Shown: positions 39,456 through 54,400, numbered from the stretch's first letter. The stretch: 64,000 nucleotides of DNA from Eledone cirrhosa (GCA_964016885.1 OZ024743.1:233492001-233556000), one strand, 5' to 3'. The notes: generated by a model not told the origin, from the letters alone. Numbers and translations: made by a program.

Positions 39456-42400
39456 TGTTAAACGTCAACAAAGTCCGCCGGCGAATGGTGTGCTTCGAAG
39501 AAAACGAATCCAAAAATGACGATTTGCCGGCGGAGTTACCTTTTCAATCGCGGGCCGGCCGCCCGTGGTCGGATCGATCTGTAATTACTGGTACATGTGC
39601 AGACACTCATTGGCTATGTGTGGCGTGAATTTCAGCAAGATATCTCCGTAAAATTAATAGTTGTGGCTGTGGAACCAAACCGTGTTAAACGTCAGCAAAG
39701 TCCGCCGGCGAATGGTGTGCTTCGAAGAAAACGAATCCAAAAATGACGATTTGCCGGCGGAGTTACCTTTTCAATCGCGGGCCGGCCGCCCGTGGTCGGA
39801 TCGATCTGTAATTACTGGTACATGTGCAGACACTCATTGGCTATGTGTGGCGTGAATTTCAGCAAGATATCTCCATAAAATCAATAGTTGTGGCTGTGGA
39901 ACCAAACCGTGTTAAACGTCAACAAAGTCCGCCGGCGAATGGTGTGCTTCGAAGAAAACGAATCCAAAAATGACGATTTGCCGGCGGAGTTACCTTTTCA
40001 ATCGCGGGCCGGCCGCCCGTGGTCGGATCGATCTGTAATTACTGGTACATGTGCAGACACTCATTGGCTATGTGTGGCGTGAATTTCAGCAAGATATCTC
40101 CTTAAAATCAATAGTTGTGGCTGTGGAACCAAACCGTGTTAAACGTCAGCAAAGTCCGCCGGCGAATGGTGTGCTTCGAAGAAAACGAATCCAAAAATGA
40201 CGATTTGCCGGCGGAGTTACCTTTTCAATCGCGGGCCGGCCGCCCGTGGTCGGATCGATCTGTAATTACTGGTACATGTGCAGACACTCATTGGCTATGT
40301 GTGGCGTGAATTTCAGCAAGATATCTCCGTAAAATCAATAGTTGTGGCTGTGGAACCAAACCGTGTTAAACGTCAGCAAAGTCCGCCGGCGAATGGTGTG
40401 CTTCGAAGAAAACGAATCCAAAAATGACGATTTGCCGGCGGAGTTACTTTTTCAATCGCGGCCCGGCCGCCCGTGGTCGGATCGATCTGTAATTACTGGT
40501 ACATGTGCAGACACTCATTGGCTATGTGTGGCGTGAATTTCAGCAAGATATCTCCGTAAAATCAATAGTTGTGGCTGTGGAACCAAACCGTGTTAAACGT
40601 CAGCAAAGTCCGCCGGCGAATGGTGTGCTTCGAAGAAAACGAATCCAAAAATGACGATTTGCCGGCGGAGTTACCTTTTCAATCGCGGGCCGGCCGCCCG
40701 TGGTCGGATCGATCTGTAATTACTGGTACATGTGCAGACACTCATTGGCTATGTGTGGCGTGAATTTCAGCAAGATATCTCCGTAAAATTAATAGTTGTG
40801 GCTGTGGAACCAAACCGTGTTAAACGTCAGCAAAGTCCGCCGGCGAATGGTGTGCTTCGAAGAAAACGAATCCAAAAATGACGATTTGCCGGCGGAGTTA
40901 CCTTTTCAATCGCGGGCCGGCCGCCCGTGGTCGGATCGATCTGTAATTACTGGTACATGTGCAGACACTCATTGGCTATGTGTGGCGTGAATTTCAGCAA
41001 GATATCTCCATAAAATCAATAGTTGTGGCTGTGGAACCAAACCGTGTTAAACGTCAACAAAGTCCGCCGGCGAATGGTGTGCTTCGAAGAAAACGAATCC
41101 AAAAATGACGATTTGCCGGCGGAGTTACCTTTTCAATCGCGGGCCGGCCGCCCGTGGTCGGATCGATCTGTAATTACTGGTACATGTGCAGACACTCATT
41201 GGCTATGTGTGGCGTGAATTTCAGCAAGATATCTCCGTAAAATCAATAGTTGTGGCTGTGGAACCAAACCGTGTTAAACGTCAGCAAAGTCCGCCGGCGA
41301 ATGGTGTGCTTCGAAGAAAACGAATCCAAAAATGACGATTTGCCGGCGGAGTTACCTTTTCAATCGCGGGCCGGCCGCCCGTGGTCGGATCGATCTGTAA
41401 TTACTGGTACATGTGCAGACACTCATTGGCTATGTGTGGCGTGAATTTCAGCAAGATATCTCCTTAAAATCAATAGTTGTGGCTGTGGAACCAAACCGTG
41501 TTAAACGTCAGCAAAGTCCGCCGGCGAATGGTGTGCTTCGAAGAAAACGAATCCAAAAATGACGATTTGCCGGCGGAGTTACCTTTTCAATCGCGGGCCG
41601 GCCGCCCGTGGTCGGATCGATCTGTAATTACTGGTACATGTGCAGACACTCATTGGCTATGTGTGGCGTGAATTTCAGCAAGATATCTCCGTAAAATCAA
41701 TAGTTGTGGCTGTGGAACCAAACCGTGTTAAACGTCAGCAAAGTCCGCCGGCGAATGGTGTGCTTCGAAGAAAACGAATCCAAAAATGACGATTTGCCGG
41801 CGGAGTTACTTTTTCAATCGCGGCCCGGCCGCCCGTGGTCGGATCGATCTGTAATTACTGGTACATGTGCAGACACTCATTGGCTATGTGTGGCGTGAAT
41901 TTCAGCAAGATATCTCCGTAAAATCAATAGTTGTGGCTGTGGAACCAAACCGTGTTAAACGTCAGCAAAGTCCGCCGGCGAATGGTGTGCTTCGAAGAAA
42001 ACGAATCCAAAAATGACGATTTGCCGGCGGAGTTACCTTTTCAATCGCGGGCCGGCCGCCCGTGGTCGGATCGATCTGTAATTACTGGTAGATGTGCAGA
42101 CACTCATTGGCTATGGGTTGCGTGAATTTCAGCAAGATATCTCCGTAAAATCAATAGTTGTGGCTGTGGAACCAAACCGTGTTAAACGTCAACAAAGTCC
42201 GCCGGCGAATGGTGTGCTTCGAAGAAAACGAATCCAAAAATGACGATTTGCCGGCGGAGTTACCTTTTCAATCGCGGGCCGGCCGCCCGTGGTCGGATCG
42301 ATCTGTAATTACTGGTACATGTGCAGACACTCATTGGCTATGGGTTGCGTGAATTTCAGCAAGATATCTCCGTAAAATCAATAGTTGTGGCTGTGGAACC

Positions 42401-45400
42401 AAACCGTGTTAAACGTCAACAAAGTCCGCCGGCGAATGGTGTGCTTCGAAGAAAACGAATCCAAAAATGACGATTTGCCGGCGGAGTTACCTTTTCAATC
42501 GCGGGCCGGCCGCCCGTGGTCGGATCGATCTGTAATTACTGGTACATGTGCAGACACTCATTGGCTATGTGTGGCGTGAATTTCAGCAAGATATCTCCGT
42601 AAAATCAATAGTTGTGGCTGTGGAACCAAACCGTGTTAAACGTCAACAAAGTCCGCCGGCGAATGGTGTGCTTCGAAGAAAACGAATCCAAAAATGACGA
42701 TTTGCCGGCGGAGTTACCTTTTCAATCGCGGGCCGGCCGCCCGTGGTCGGATCGATCTGTAATTACTGGTACATGTGCAGACACTCATTGGCTATGGGTG
42801 GCGTGAATTTCAGCAAGATATCTCCGTAAAATCAATAGTTGTGGCTGTGGAACCAAACCGTGTTAAACGTCAACAAAGTCCGCCGGCGAATGGTGTGCTT
42901 CGAAGAAAACGAATCCAAAAATGACGATTTGCCGGCGGAGTTACCTTTTCAATCGCGGGCCGGCCGCCCGTGGTCGGATCGATCTGTAATTACTGGTACA
43001 TGTGCAGACACTCATTGGCTATGTGTGGCGTGAATTTCAGCAAGATATCTCCGTAAAATCAATAGTTGTGGCTGTGGAACCAAACCGTGTTAAACGTCAG
43101 CAAAGTCCGCCGGCGAATGGTGTGCTTCGAAGAAAACGAATCCAAAAATGACGATTTGCCGGCGGAGTTACCTTTTCAATCGCGGGCCGGCCGCCCGTGG
43201 TCGGATCGATCTGTAATTACTGGTACATGTGCAGACACTCATTGGCTATGTGTGGCGTGAATTTCAGCAAGATATCTCCGTAAAATCAATAGTTGTGGCT
43301 GTGGAACCAAACCGTGTTAAACGTCAGCAAAGTCCGCCGGCAAATGGTGTGCTTCGAAGAAAACGAATCCAAAAATGACGATTTGCCGGCGGAGTTACCT
43401 TTTCAATCGCGGGCCGGCCGCCCGTGGTCGGATCGATCTGTAATTACTGGTACATGTGCAGACACTCATTGGCTATGTGTGGCTTGAATTTCAGCAAGAT
43501 ATCTCCGTAAAATCAATAGTTGTGGCTGTGGAACCAAACCGTGTTAAACGTCAACAAAGTCCGCCGGCGAATGGTGTGCTTCGAAGAAAACGAATCCAAA
43601 AATGACGATTTGCCGGCGGAGTTACCTTTTCAATCGCGGGCCGGCCGCCCGTGGTCGGATCGATCTGTAATTACTGGTACATGTGCAGACACTCATTGGC
43701 TATGGGTGGCGTGAATTTCAGCAAGATATCTCCGTAAAATCAATAGTTGTGGCTGTGGAACCAAACCGTGTTAAACGTCAGCAAAGTCCGCCGGCGAATG
43801 GTGTGCTTCGAAGAAAACGAATCCAAAAATGACGATTTGCCGGCGGAGTTACCTTTTCAATCGCGGGCCGGCCGCCCGTGGTCGGATCGATCTGTAATTA
43901 CTGGTACCTGTGCAGACACTCATTGGCTATGGGTGGCGTGAATTTCAGCAAGATATCTCCGTAAAATCAATAGTTGTGGCTGTGGAACCAAACCGTGTTA
44001 AACGTCAACAAAGTCCGCCGGCGAATGGTGTGCTTCGAAGAAAACGAATCCAAAAATGACGATTTGCCGGCGGAGTTACCTTTTCAATCGCGGGCCGGCC
44101 GCCCGTGGTCGGATCGATCTGTAATTACTGGTACATGTGCAGACACTCATTGGCTATGTGTGGCGTGAATTTCAGCAAGATATCTCCGTAAAATCAATAG
44201 TTGTGGCTGTGGAACCAAACCGTGTTAAACGTCAGCAAAGTCCGCCGGCGAATGGTGTGCTTCGAAGAAAACGAATCCAAAAATGACGATTTGCCGGCGG
44301 AGTTACCTTTTCAATCGCGGGCCGGCCGCCCGTGGTCGGATCGATCTGTAATTACTGGTACATGTGCAGACACTCATTGGCTATGGGTGGCGTGAATTTC
44401 AGCAAGATATCTCCGTAAAATCAATAGTTGTGGCTGTGGAACCAAACCGTGTTAAACGTCAACAAAGTCCGCCGGCGAATGGTGTGCTTCGAAGAAAACG
44501 AATCCAAAAATGACGATTTGCCGGCGGAGTTACCTTTTCAATCGCGGGCCGGCCGCCCGTGGTCGGATCGATCTGTAATTACTGGTACATGTGCAGACAC
44601 TCATTGGCTATGTGTGGCGTGAATTTCAGCAAGATATCTCCGTAAAATCAATAGTTGTGGCTGTGGAACCAAACCGTGTTAAACGTCAGCAAAGTCCGCC
44701 GGCAAATGGTGTGCTTCGAAGAAAACGAATCCAAAAATGACGATTTGCCGGCGGAGTTACCTTTTCAATCGCGGGCCGGCCGCCCGTGGTCGGATCGATC
44801 TGTAATTACTGGTACATGTGCAGACACTCATTGGCTATGGGTGGCGTGAATTTCAGCAAGATATCTCCGTAAAATCAATAGTTGTGGCTGTGGAACCAAA
44901 CCGTGTTAAACGTCAGCAAAGTCCGCCGGCGAATGGTGTGCTTCGAAGAAAACGAATCCAAAAATGACGATTTGCCGGCGGAGTTACTTTTTCAATCGCG
45001 GCCCGGCCGCCCGTGGTCGGATCGATCTGTAATTACTGGTACATGTGCAGACACTCATTGGCTATGTGTGGCGTGAATTTCAGCAAGATATCTCCGTAAA
45101 ATCAATAGTTGTGGCTGTGGAACCAAACCGTGTTAAACGTCAGCAAAGTCCGCCGGCGAATGGTGTGCTTCGAAGAAAACGAATCCAAAAATGACGATTT
45201 GCCGGCGGAGTTACCTTTTCAATCGCGGGCCGGCCGCCCGTGGTCGGATCGATCTGTAATTACTGGTAGATGTGCAGACACTCATTGGCTATGGGTTGCG
45301 TGAATTTCAGCAAGATATCTCCGTAAAATCAATAGTTGTGGCTGTGGAACCAAACCGTGTTAAACGTCAACAAAGTCCGCCGGCGAATGGTGTGCTTCGA

Positions 45401-48400
45401 AGAAAACGAATCCAAAAATGACGATTTGCCGGCGGAGTTACCTTTTCAATCGCGGGCCGGCCGCCCGTGGTCGGATCGATCTGTAATTACTGGTACATGT
45501 GCAGACACTCATTGGCTATGGGTTGCGTGAATTTCAGCAAGATATCTCCGTAAAATCAATAGTTGTGGCTGTGGAACCAAACCGTGTTAAACGTCAACAA
45601 AGTCCGCCGGCGAATGGTGTGCTTCGAAGAAAACGAATCCAAAAATGACGATTTGCCGGCGGAGTTACCTTTTCAATCGCGGGCCGGCCGCCCGTGGTCG
45701 GATCGATCTGTAATTACTGGTACATGTGCAGACACTCATTGGCTATGTGTGGCGTGAATTTCAGCAAGATATCTCCGTAAAATCAATAGTTGTGGCTGTG
45801 GAACCAAACCGTGTTAAACGTCAACAAAGTCCGCCGGCGAATGGTGTGCTTCGAAGAAAACGAATCCAAAAATGACGATTTGCCGGCGGAGTTACCTTTT
45901 CAATCGCGGGCCGGCCGCCCGTGGTCGGATCGATCTGTAATTACTGGTACATGTGCAGACACTCATTGGCTATGGGTGGCGTGAATTTCAGCAAGATATC
46001 TCCGTAAAATCAATAGTTGTGGCTGTGGAACCAAACCGTGTTAAACGTCAACAAAGTCCGCCGGCGAATGGTGTGCTTCGAAGAAAACGAATCCAAAAAT
46101 GACGATTTGCCGGCGGAGTTACCTTTTCAATCGCGGGCCGGCCGCCCGTGGTCGGATCGATCTGTAATTACTGGTACATGTGCAGACACTCATTGGCTAT
46201 GTGTGGCGTGAATTTCAGCAAGATATCTCCGTAAAATCAATAGTTGTGGCTGTGGAACCAAACCGTGTTAAACGTCAGCAAAGTCCGCCGGCGAATGGTG
46301 TGCTTCGAAGAAAACGAATCCAAAAATGACGATTTGCCGGCGGAGTTACCTTTTCAATCGCGGGCCGGCCGCCCGTGGTCGGATCGATCTGTAATTACTG
46401 GTACATGTGCAGACACTCATTGGCTATGTGTGGCGTGAATTTCAGCAAGATATCTCCGTAAAATCAATAGTTGTGGCTGTGGAACCAAACCGTGTTAAAC
46501 GTCAGCAAAGTCCGCCGGCAAATGGTGTGCTTCGAAGAAAACGAATCCAAAAATGACGATTTGCCGGCGGAGTTACCTTTTCAATCGCGGGCCGGCCGCC
46601 CGTGGTCGGATCGATCTGTAATTACTGGTACATGTGCAGACACTCATTGGCTATGTGTGGCTTGAATTTCAGCAAGATATCTCCGTAAAATCAATAGTTG
46701 TGGCTGTGGAACCAAACCGTGTTAAACGTCAACAAAGTCCGCCGGCGAATGGTGTGCTTCGAAGAAAACGAATCCAAAAATGACGATTTGCCGGCGGAGT
46801 TACCTTTTCAATCGCGGGCCGGCCGCCCGTGGTCGGATCGATCTGTAATTACTGGTACATGTGCAGACACTCATTGGCTATGGGTGGCGTGAATTTCAGC
46901 AAGATATCTCCGTAAAATCAATAGTTGTGGCTGTGGAACCAAACCGTGTTAAACGTCAGCAAAGTCCGCCGGCGAATGGTGTGCTTCGAAGAAAACGAAT
47001 CCAAAAATGACGATTTGCCGGCGGAGTTACCTTTTCAATCGCGGGCCGGCCGCCCGTGGTCGGATCGATCTGTAATTACTGGTACCTGTGCAGACACTCA
47101 TTGGCTATGGGTGGCGTGAATTTCAGCAAGATATCTCCGTAAAATCAATAGTTGTGGCTGTGGAACCAAACCGTGTTAAACGTCAACAAAGTCCGCCGGC
47201 GAATGGTGTGCTTCGAAGAAAACGAATCCAAAAATGACGATTTGCCGGCGGAGTTACCTTTTCAATCGCGGGCCGGCCGCCCGTGGTCGGATCGATCTGT
47301 AATTACTGGTACATGTGCAGACACTCATTGGCTATGTGTGGCGTGAATTTCAGCAAGATATCTCCGTAAAATCAATAGTTGTGGCTGTGGAACCAAACCG
47401 TGTTAAACGTCAGCAAAGTCCGCCGGCGAATGGTGTGCTTCGAAGAAAACGAATCCAAAAATGACGATTTGCCGGCGGAGTTACCTTTTCAATCGCGGGC
47501 CGGCCGCCCGTGGTCGGATCGATCTGTAATTACTGGTACATGTGCAGACACTCATTGGCTATGGGTGGCGTGAATTTCAGCAAGATATCTCCGTAAAATC
47601 AATAGTTGTGGCTGTGGAACCAAACCGTGTTAAACGTCAACAAAGTCCGCCGGCGAATGGTGTGCTTCGAAGAAAACGAATCCAAAAATGACGATTTGCC
47701 GGCGGAGTTACCTTTTCAATCGCGGGCCGGCCGCCCGTGGTCGGATCGATCTGTAATTACTGGTACATGTGCAGACACTCATTGGCTATGTGTGGCGTGA
47801 ATTTCAGCAAGATATCTCCGTAAAATCAATAGTTGTGGCTGTGGAACCAAACCGTGTTAAACGTCAACAAAGTCCGCCGGCGAATGGTGTGCTTCGAAGA
47901 AAACGAATCCAAAAATGACGATTTGCCGGCGGAGTTACCTTTTAAATCGCGGGCCGGCCGCCCGTGGTCGGATCGATCTGTAATTACTGGTACATGTGCA
48001 GACACTCATTGGCTATGGGTGGCGTGAATTTCAGCAAGATATCTCCGTAAAATCAATAGTTGTGGCTGTGGAACCAAACCGTGTTAAACGTCAACAAAGT
48101 CCGCCGGCGAATGGTGTGCTTCGAAGAAAACGAATCCAAAAATGACGATTTGCCGGCGGAGTTACCTTTTCAATCGCGGGCCGGCCGCCCGTGGTCGGAT
48201 CGATCTGTAATTACTGGTACATGTGCAGACACTCATTGGCTATGTGTGGCGTGAATTTCAGCAAGATATCTCCGTAAAATCAATAGTTGTGGCTGTGGAA
48301 CCAAACCGTGTTAAACGTCCGCAAAGTCCGCCGGCGAATGGTGTGCTTCGAAGAAAACGAATCCAAAAATGACGATTTGCCGGCGGAGTTACCTTTTCAA

Positions 48401-51400
48401 TCGCGGGCCGGCCGCCCGTGGTCGGATCGATCTGTAATTACTGGTACCTGTGCAGACACTCATTGGCTATGGGTGGCGTGAATTTCAGCAAGATATCTCC
48501 GTAAAATCAATAGTTGTGGCTGTGGAACCAAACCGTGTTAAACGTCAACAAAGTCCGCCGGCGAATGGTGTGCTTCGAAGAAAACGAATCCAAAAATGAC
48601 GATTTGCCGGCGGAGTTACCTTTTCAATCGCGGGCCGGCCGCCCGTGGTCGGATCGATCTGTAATTACTGGTACATGTGCAGACACTCATTGGCTATGTG
48701 TGGCGTGAATTTCAGCAAGATATCTCCGTAAAATCAATAGTTGTGGCTGTGGAACCAAACCGTGTTAAACGTCAACAAAGTCCGCCGGCGAATGGTGTGC
48801 TTCGAAGAAAACGAATCCAAAAATGACGATTTGCCGGCGGAGTTACCTTTTAAATCGCGGGCCGGCCGCCCGTGGTCGGATCGATCTGTAATTACTGGTA
48901 CATGTGCAGACACTCATTGGCTATGGGTGGCGTGAATTTCAGCAAGATATCTCCGTAAAATCAATAGTTGTGGCTGTGGAACCAAACCGTGTTAAACGTC
49001 AACAAAGTCCGCCGGCAAATGGTGTGCTTCGAAGAAAACGAATCCAAAAATGACGATTTGCCGGCGGAGTTACCTTTTCAATCGCGGGCCGGCCGCCCGT
49101 GGTCGGATCGATCTGTAATTACTGGTACCTGTGCAGACACTCATTGGCTATGGGTGGCGTGAATTTCAGCAAGATATCTCCGTAAAATCAATAGTTGTGG
49201 CTGTGGAACCAAACCGTGTTAAACGTCAACAAAGTCCGCCGGCGAATGGTGTGCTTCGAAGAAAACGAATCCAAAAATGACGATTTGCCGGCGGAGTTAC
49301 CTTTTCAATCGCGGGCCGGCCGCCCGTGGTCGGATCGATCTGTAATTACTGGTACATGTGCAGACACTCATTGGCTATGTGTGGCGTGAATTTCAGCAAG
49401 ATATCTCCGTAAAATCAATAGTTGTGGCTGTGGAACCAAACCGTGTTAAACGTCAGCAAAGTCCGCCGGCAAATGGTGTGCTTCGAAGAAAACGAATCCA
49501 AAAATGACGATTTGCCGGCGGAGTTACCTTTTCAATCGCGGGCCGGCCGCCCGTGGTCGGATCGATCTGTAATTCCTGGTACATGTGCAGACACTCATTG
49601 GCTATGTGTGGCTTGAATTTCAGCAAGATATCTCCGTAAAATCAATAGTTGTGGCTGTGGAACCAAACCGTGTTAAACGTCAGCAAAGTCCGCCGGCGAA
49701 TGGTGTGCTTCGAAGAAAACGAATCCAAAAATGACGATTTGCCGGCGGAGTTACCTTTTCAATCGCGGGCCGGCCGCCCGTGGTCGGATCGATCTGTAAT
49801 TACTGGTACATGTGCAGACACTCATTGGCTATGGGTGGCGTGAATTTCAGCAAGATATCTCCGTAAAATCAATAGTTGTGGCTGTGGAACCAAACCGTGT
49901 TAAACGTCAACAAAGTCCGCCGGCGAATGGTGTGCTTCGAAGAAAACGAATCCAAAAATGACGATTTGCCGGCGGAGTTACCTTTTCAATCGCGGGCCGG
50001 CCGCCCGTGGTCGGATCGATCTGTAATTACTGGTACATGTGCAGACACTCATTGGCTATGTGTGGCGTGAATTTCAGCAAGATATCTCCGTAAAATCAAT
50101 AGTTGTGGCTGTGGAACCAAACCGTGTTAAACGTCAACAAAGTCCGCCGGCGAATGGTGTGCTTCGAAGAAAACGAATCCAAAAATGACGATTTGCCGGC
50201 GGAGTTACCTTTTAAATCGCGGGCCGGCCGCCCGTGGTCGGATCGATCTGTAATTACTGGTACATGTGCAGACACTCATTGGCTATGGGTGGCGTGAATT
50301 TCAGCAAGATATCTCCGTAAAATCAATAGTTGTGGCTGTGGAACCAAACCGTGTTAAACGTCAACAAAGTCCGCCGGCGAATGGTGTGCTTCGAAGAAAA
50401 CGAATCCAAAAATGACGATTTGCCGGCGGAGTTACCTTTTCAATCGCGGGCCGGCCGCCCGTGGTCGGATCGATCTGTAATTACTGGTACATGTGCAGAC
50501 ACTCATTGGCTATGTGTGGCGTGAATTTCAGCAAGATATCTCCGTAAAATCAATAGTTGTGGCTGTGGAACCAAACCGTGTTAAACGTCCGCAAAGTCCG
50601 CCGGCGAATGGTGTGCTTCGAAGAAAACGAATCCAAAAATGACGATTTGCCGGCGGAGTTACCTTTTCAATCGCGGGCCGGCCGCCCGTGGTCGGATCGA
50701 TCTGTAATTACTGGTACCTGTGCAGACACTCATTGGCTATGGGTGGCGTGAATTTCAGCAAGATATCTCCGTAAAATCAATAGTTGTGGCTGTGGAACCA
50801 AACCGTGTTAAACGTCAACAAAGTCCGCCGGCGAATGGTGTGCTTCGAAGAAAACGAATCCAAAAATGACGATTTGCCGGCGGAGTTACCTTTTCAATCG
50901 CGGGCCGGCCGCCCGTGGTCGGATCGATCTGTAATTACTGGTACATGTGCAGACACTCATTGGCTATGTGTGGCGTGAATTTCAGCAAGATATCTCCGTA
51001 AAATCAATAGTTGTGGCTGTGGAACCAAACCGTGTTAAACGTCAACAAAGTCCGCCGGCGAATGGTGTGCTTCGAAGAAAACGAATCCAAAAATGACGAT
51101 TTGCCGGCGGAGTTACCTTTTAAATCGCGGGCCGGCCGCCCGTGGTCGGATCGATCTGTAATTACTGGTACATGTGCAGACACTCATTGGCTATGGGTGG
51201 CGTGAATTTCAGCAAGATATCTCCGTAAAATCAATAGTTGTGGCTGTGGAACCAAACCGTGTTAAACGTCAACAAAGTCCGCCGGCGAATGGTGTGCTTC
51301 GAAGAAAACGAATCCAAAAATGACGATTTGCCGGCGGAGTTACCTTTTCAATCGCGGGCCGGCCGCCCGTGGTCGGATCGATCTGTAATTACTGGTACAT

Positions 51401-54400
51401 GTGCAGACACTCATTGGCTATGTGTGGCGTGAATTTCAGCAAGATATCTCCGTAAAATCAATAGTTGTGGCTGTGGAACCAAACCGTGTTAAACGTCCGC
51501 AAAGTCCGCCGGCGAATGGTGTGCTTCGAAGAAAACGAATCCAAAAATGACGATTTGCCGGCGGAGTTACCTTTTCAATCGCGGGCCGGCCGCCCGTGGT
51601 CGGATCGATCTGTAATTACTGGTACATGTGCAGACACTCATTGGCTATGTGTGGCGTGAATTTCAGCAAGATATCTCCGTAAAATCAATAGTTGTGGCTG
51701 TGGAACCAAACCGTGTTAAACGTCAGCAAAGTCCGCCGGCGAATGGTGTGCTTCGAAGAAAACGAATCCAAAAATGACGATTTGCCGGCGGAGTTACCTT
51801 TTCAATCGCGGGCCGGCCGCCCGTGGTCGGATCGATCTGTAATTACTGGTACATGTGCAGACACTCATTGACTATGTGTGGCGTGAATTTCAGCAAGATA
51901 TCTCCGTAAAATTAATAGTTGTGGCTGTGGAACCAAACCGTGTTAAACGTCAGCAAAGTCCGCCGGCGAATGGTGTGCTTCGAAGAAAACGAATCCAAAA
52001 ATGACGATTTGCCGGCGGAGTTACCTTTTCAATCGCGGGCCGGCCGCCCGTGGTCGGATCGATCTGTAATTACTGGTACATGTGCAGACACTCATTGGCT
52101 ATGTGTGGCGTGAATTTCAGCAAGATATCTCCATAAAATCAATAGTTGTGGCTGTGGAACCAAACCGTGTTAAACGTCAACAAAGTCCGCCGGCGAATGG
52201 TGTGCTTCGAAGAAAACGAATCCAAAAATGACGATTTGCCGGCGGAGTTACCTTTTCAATCGCGGGCCGGCCGCCCGTGGTCGGATCGATCTGTAATTAC
52301 TGGTACATGTGCAGACACTCATTGGCTATGTGTGGCGTGAATTTCAGCAAGATATCTCCGTAAAATCAATAGTTGTGGCTGTGGAACCAAACCGTGTTAA
52401 ACGTCAGCAAAGTCCGCCGGCGAATGGTGTGCTTCGAAGAAAACGAATCCAAAAATGACGATTTGCCGGCGGAGTTACCTTTTCAATCGCGGGCCGGCCG
52501 CCCGTGGTCGGATCGATCTGTAATTACTGGTACATGTGCAGACACTCATTGGCTATGTGTGGCGTGAATTTCAGCAAGATATCTCCTTAAAATCAATAGT
52601 TGTGGCTGTGGAACCAAACCGTGTTAAACGTCAGCAAAGTCCGCCGGCGAATGGTGTGCTTCGAAGAAAACGAATCCAAAAATGACGATTTGCCGGCGGA
52701 GTTACCTTTTCAATCGCGGGCCGGCCGCCCGTGGTCGGATCGATCTGTAATTACTGGTACATGTGCAGACACTCATTGGCTATGTGTGGCGTGAATTTCA
52801 GCAAGATATCTCCGTAAAATCAATAGTTGTGGCTGTGGAACCAAACCGTGTTAAACGTCAGCAAAGTCCGCCGGCGAATGGTGTGCTTCGAAGAAAACGA
52901 ATCCAAAAATGACGATTTGCCGGCGGAGTTACTTTTTCAATCGCGGCCCGGCCGCCCGTGGTCGGATCGATCTGTAATTACTGGTACATGTGCAGACACT
53001 CATTGGCTATGTGTGGCGTGAATTTCAGCAAGATATCTCCGTAAAATCAATAGTTGTGGCTGTGGAACCAAACCGTGTTAAACGTCAGCAAAGTCCGCCG
53101 GCGAATGGTGTGCTTCGAAGAAAACGAATCCAAAAATGACGATTTGCCGGCGGAGTTACCTTTTCAATCGCGGGCCGGCCGCCCGTGGTCGGATCGATCT
53201 GTAATTACTGGTAGATGTGCAGACACTCATTGGCTATGGGTTGCGTGAATTTCAGCAAGATATCTCCGTAAAATCAATAGTTGTGGCTGTGGAACCAAAC
53301 CGTGTTAAACGTCAACAAAGTCCGCCGGCGAATGGTGTGCTTCGAAGAAAACGAATCCAAAAATGACGATTTGCCGGCGGAGTTACCTTTTCAATCGCGG
53401 GCCGGCCGCCCGTGGTCGGATCGATCTGTAATTACTGGTACATGTGCAGACACTCATTGGCTATGGGTTGCGTGAATTTCAGCAAGATATCTCCGTAAAA
53501 TCAATAGTTGTGGCTGTGGAACCAAACCGTGTTAAACGTCAACAAAGTCCGCCGGCGAATGGTGTGCTTCGAAGAAAACGAATCCAAAAATGACGATTTG
53601 CCGGCGGAGTTACCTTTTCAATCGCGGGCCGGCCGCCCGTGGTCGGATCGATCTGTAATTACTGGTACATGTGCAGACACTCATTGGCTATGTGTGGCGT
53701 GAATTTCAGCAAGATATCTCCGTAAAATCAATAGTTGTGGCTGTGGAACCAAACCGTGTTAAACGTCAACAAAGTCCGCCGGCGAATGGTGTGCTTCGAA
53801 GAAAACGAATCCAAAAATGACGATTTGCCGGCGGAGTTACCTTTTCAATCGCGGGCCGGCCGCCCGTGGTCGGATCGATCTGTAATTACTGGTACATGTG
53901 CAGACACTCATTGGCTATGGGTGGCGTGAATTTCAGCAAGATATCTCCGTAAAATCAATAGTTGTGGCTGTGGAACCAAACCGTGTTAAACGTCAACAAA
54001 GTCCGCCGGCGAATGGTGTGCTTCGAAGAAAACGAATCCAAAAATGACGATTTGCCGGCGGAGTTACCTTTTCAATCGCGGGCCGGCCGCCCGTGGTCGG
54101 ATCGATCTGTAATTACTGGTACATGTGCAGACACTCATTGGCTATGTGTGGCGTGAATTTCAGCAAGATATCTCCGTAAAATCAATAGTTGTGGCTGTGG
54201 AACCAAACCGTGTTAAACGTCAGCAAAGTCCGCCGGCGAATGGTGTGCTTCGAAGAAAACGAATCCAAAAATGACGATTTGCCGGCGGAGTTACCTTTTC
54301 AATCGCGGGCCGGCCGCCCGTGGTCGGATCGATCTGTAATTACTGGTACATGTGCAGACACTCATTGGCTATGTGTGGCTTGAATTTCAGCAAGATATCT

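Noticed and set aside
39478-39495. HDV-like ribozyme in the satellite (GGCGAATGG, GGCCGGC)
   Set aside because: I could not build P1, P1.1 and P3/L3 in the required order on either strand.
39493-39509. CENP-B-box-like CTTCGAAGAAAACGAAT
   Set aside because: It matches 7 of 9 key positions but lacks the GG, which is plausible by chance.
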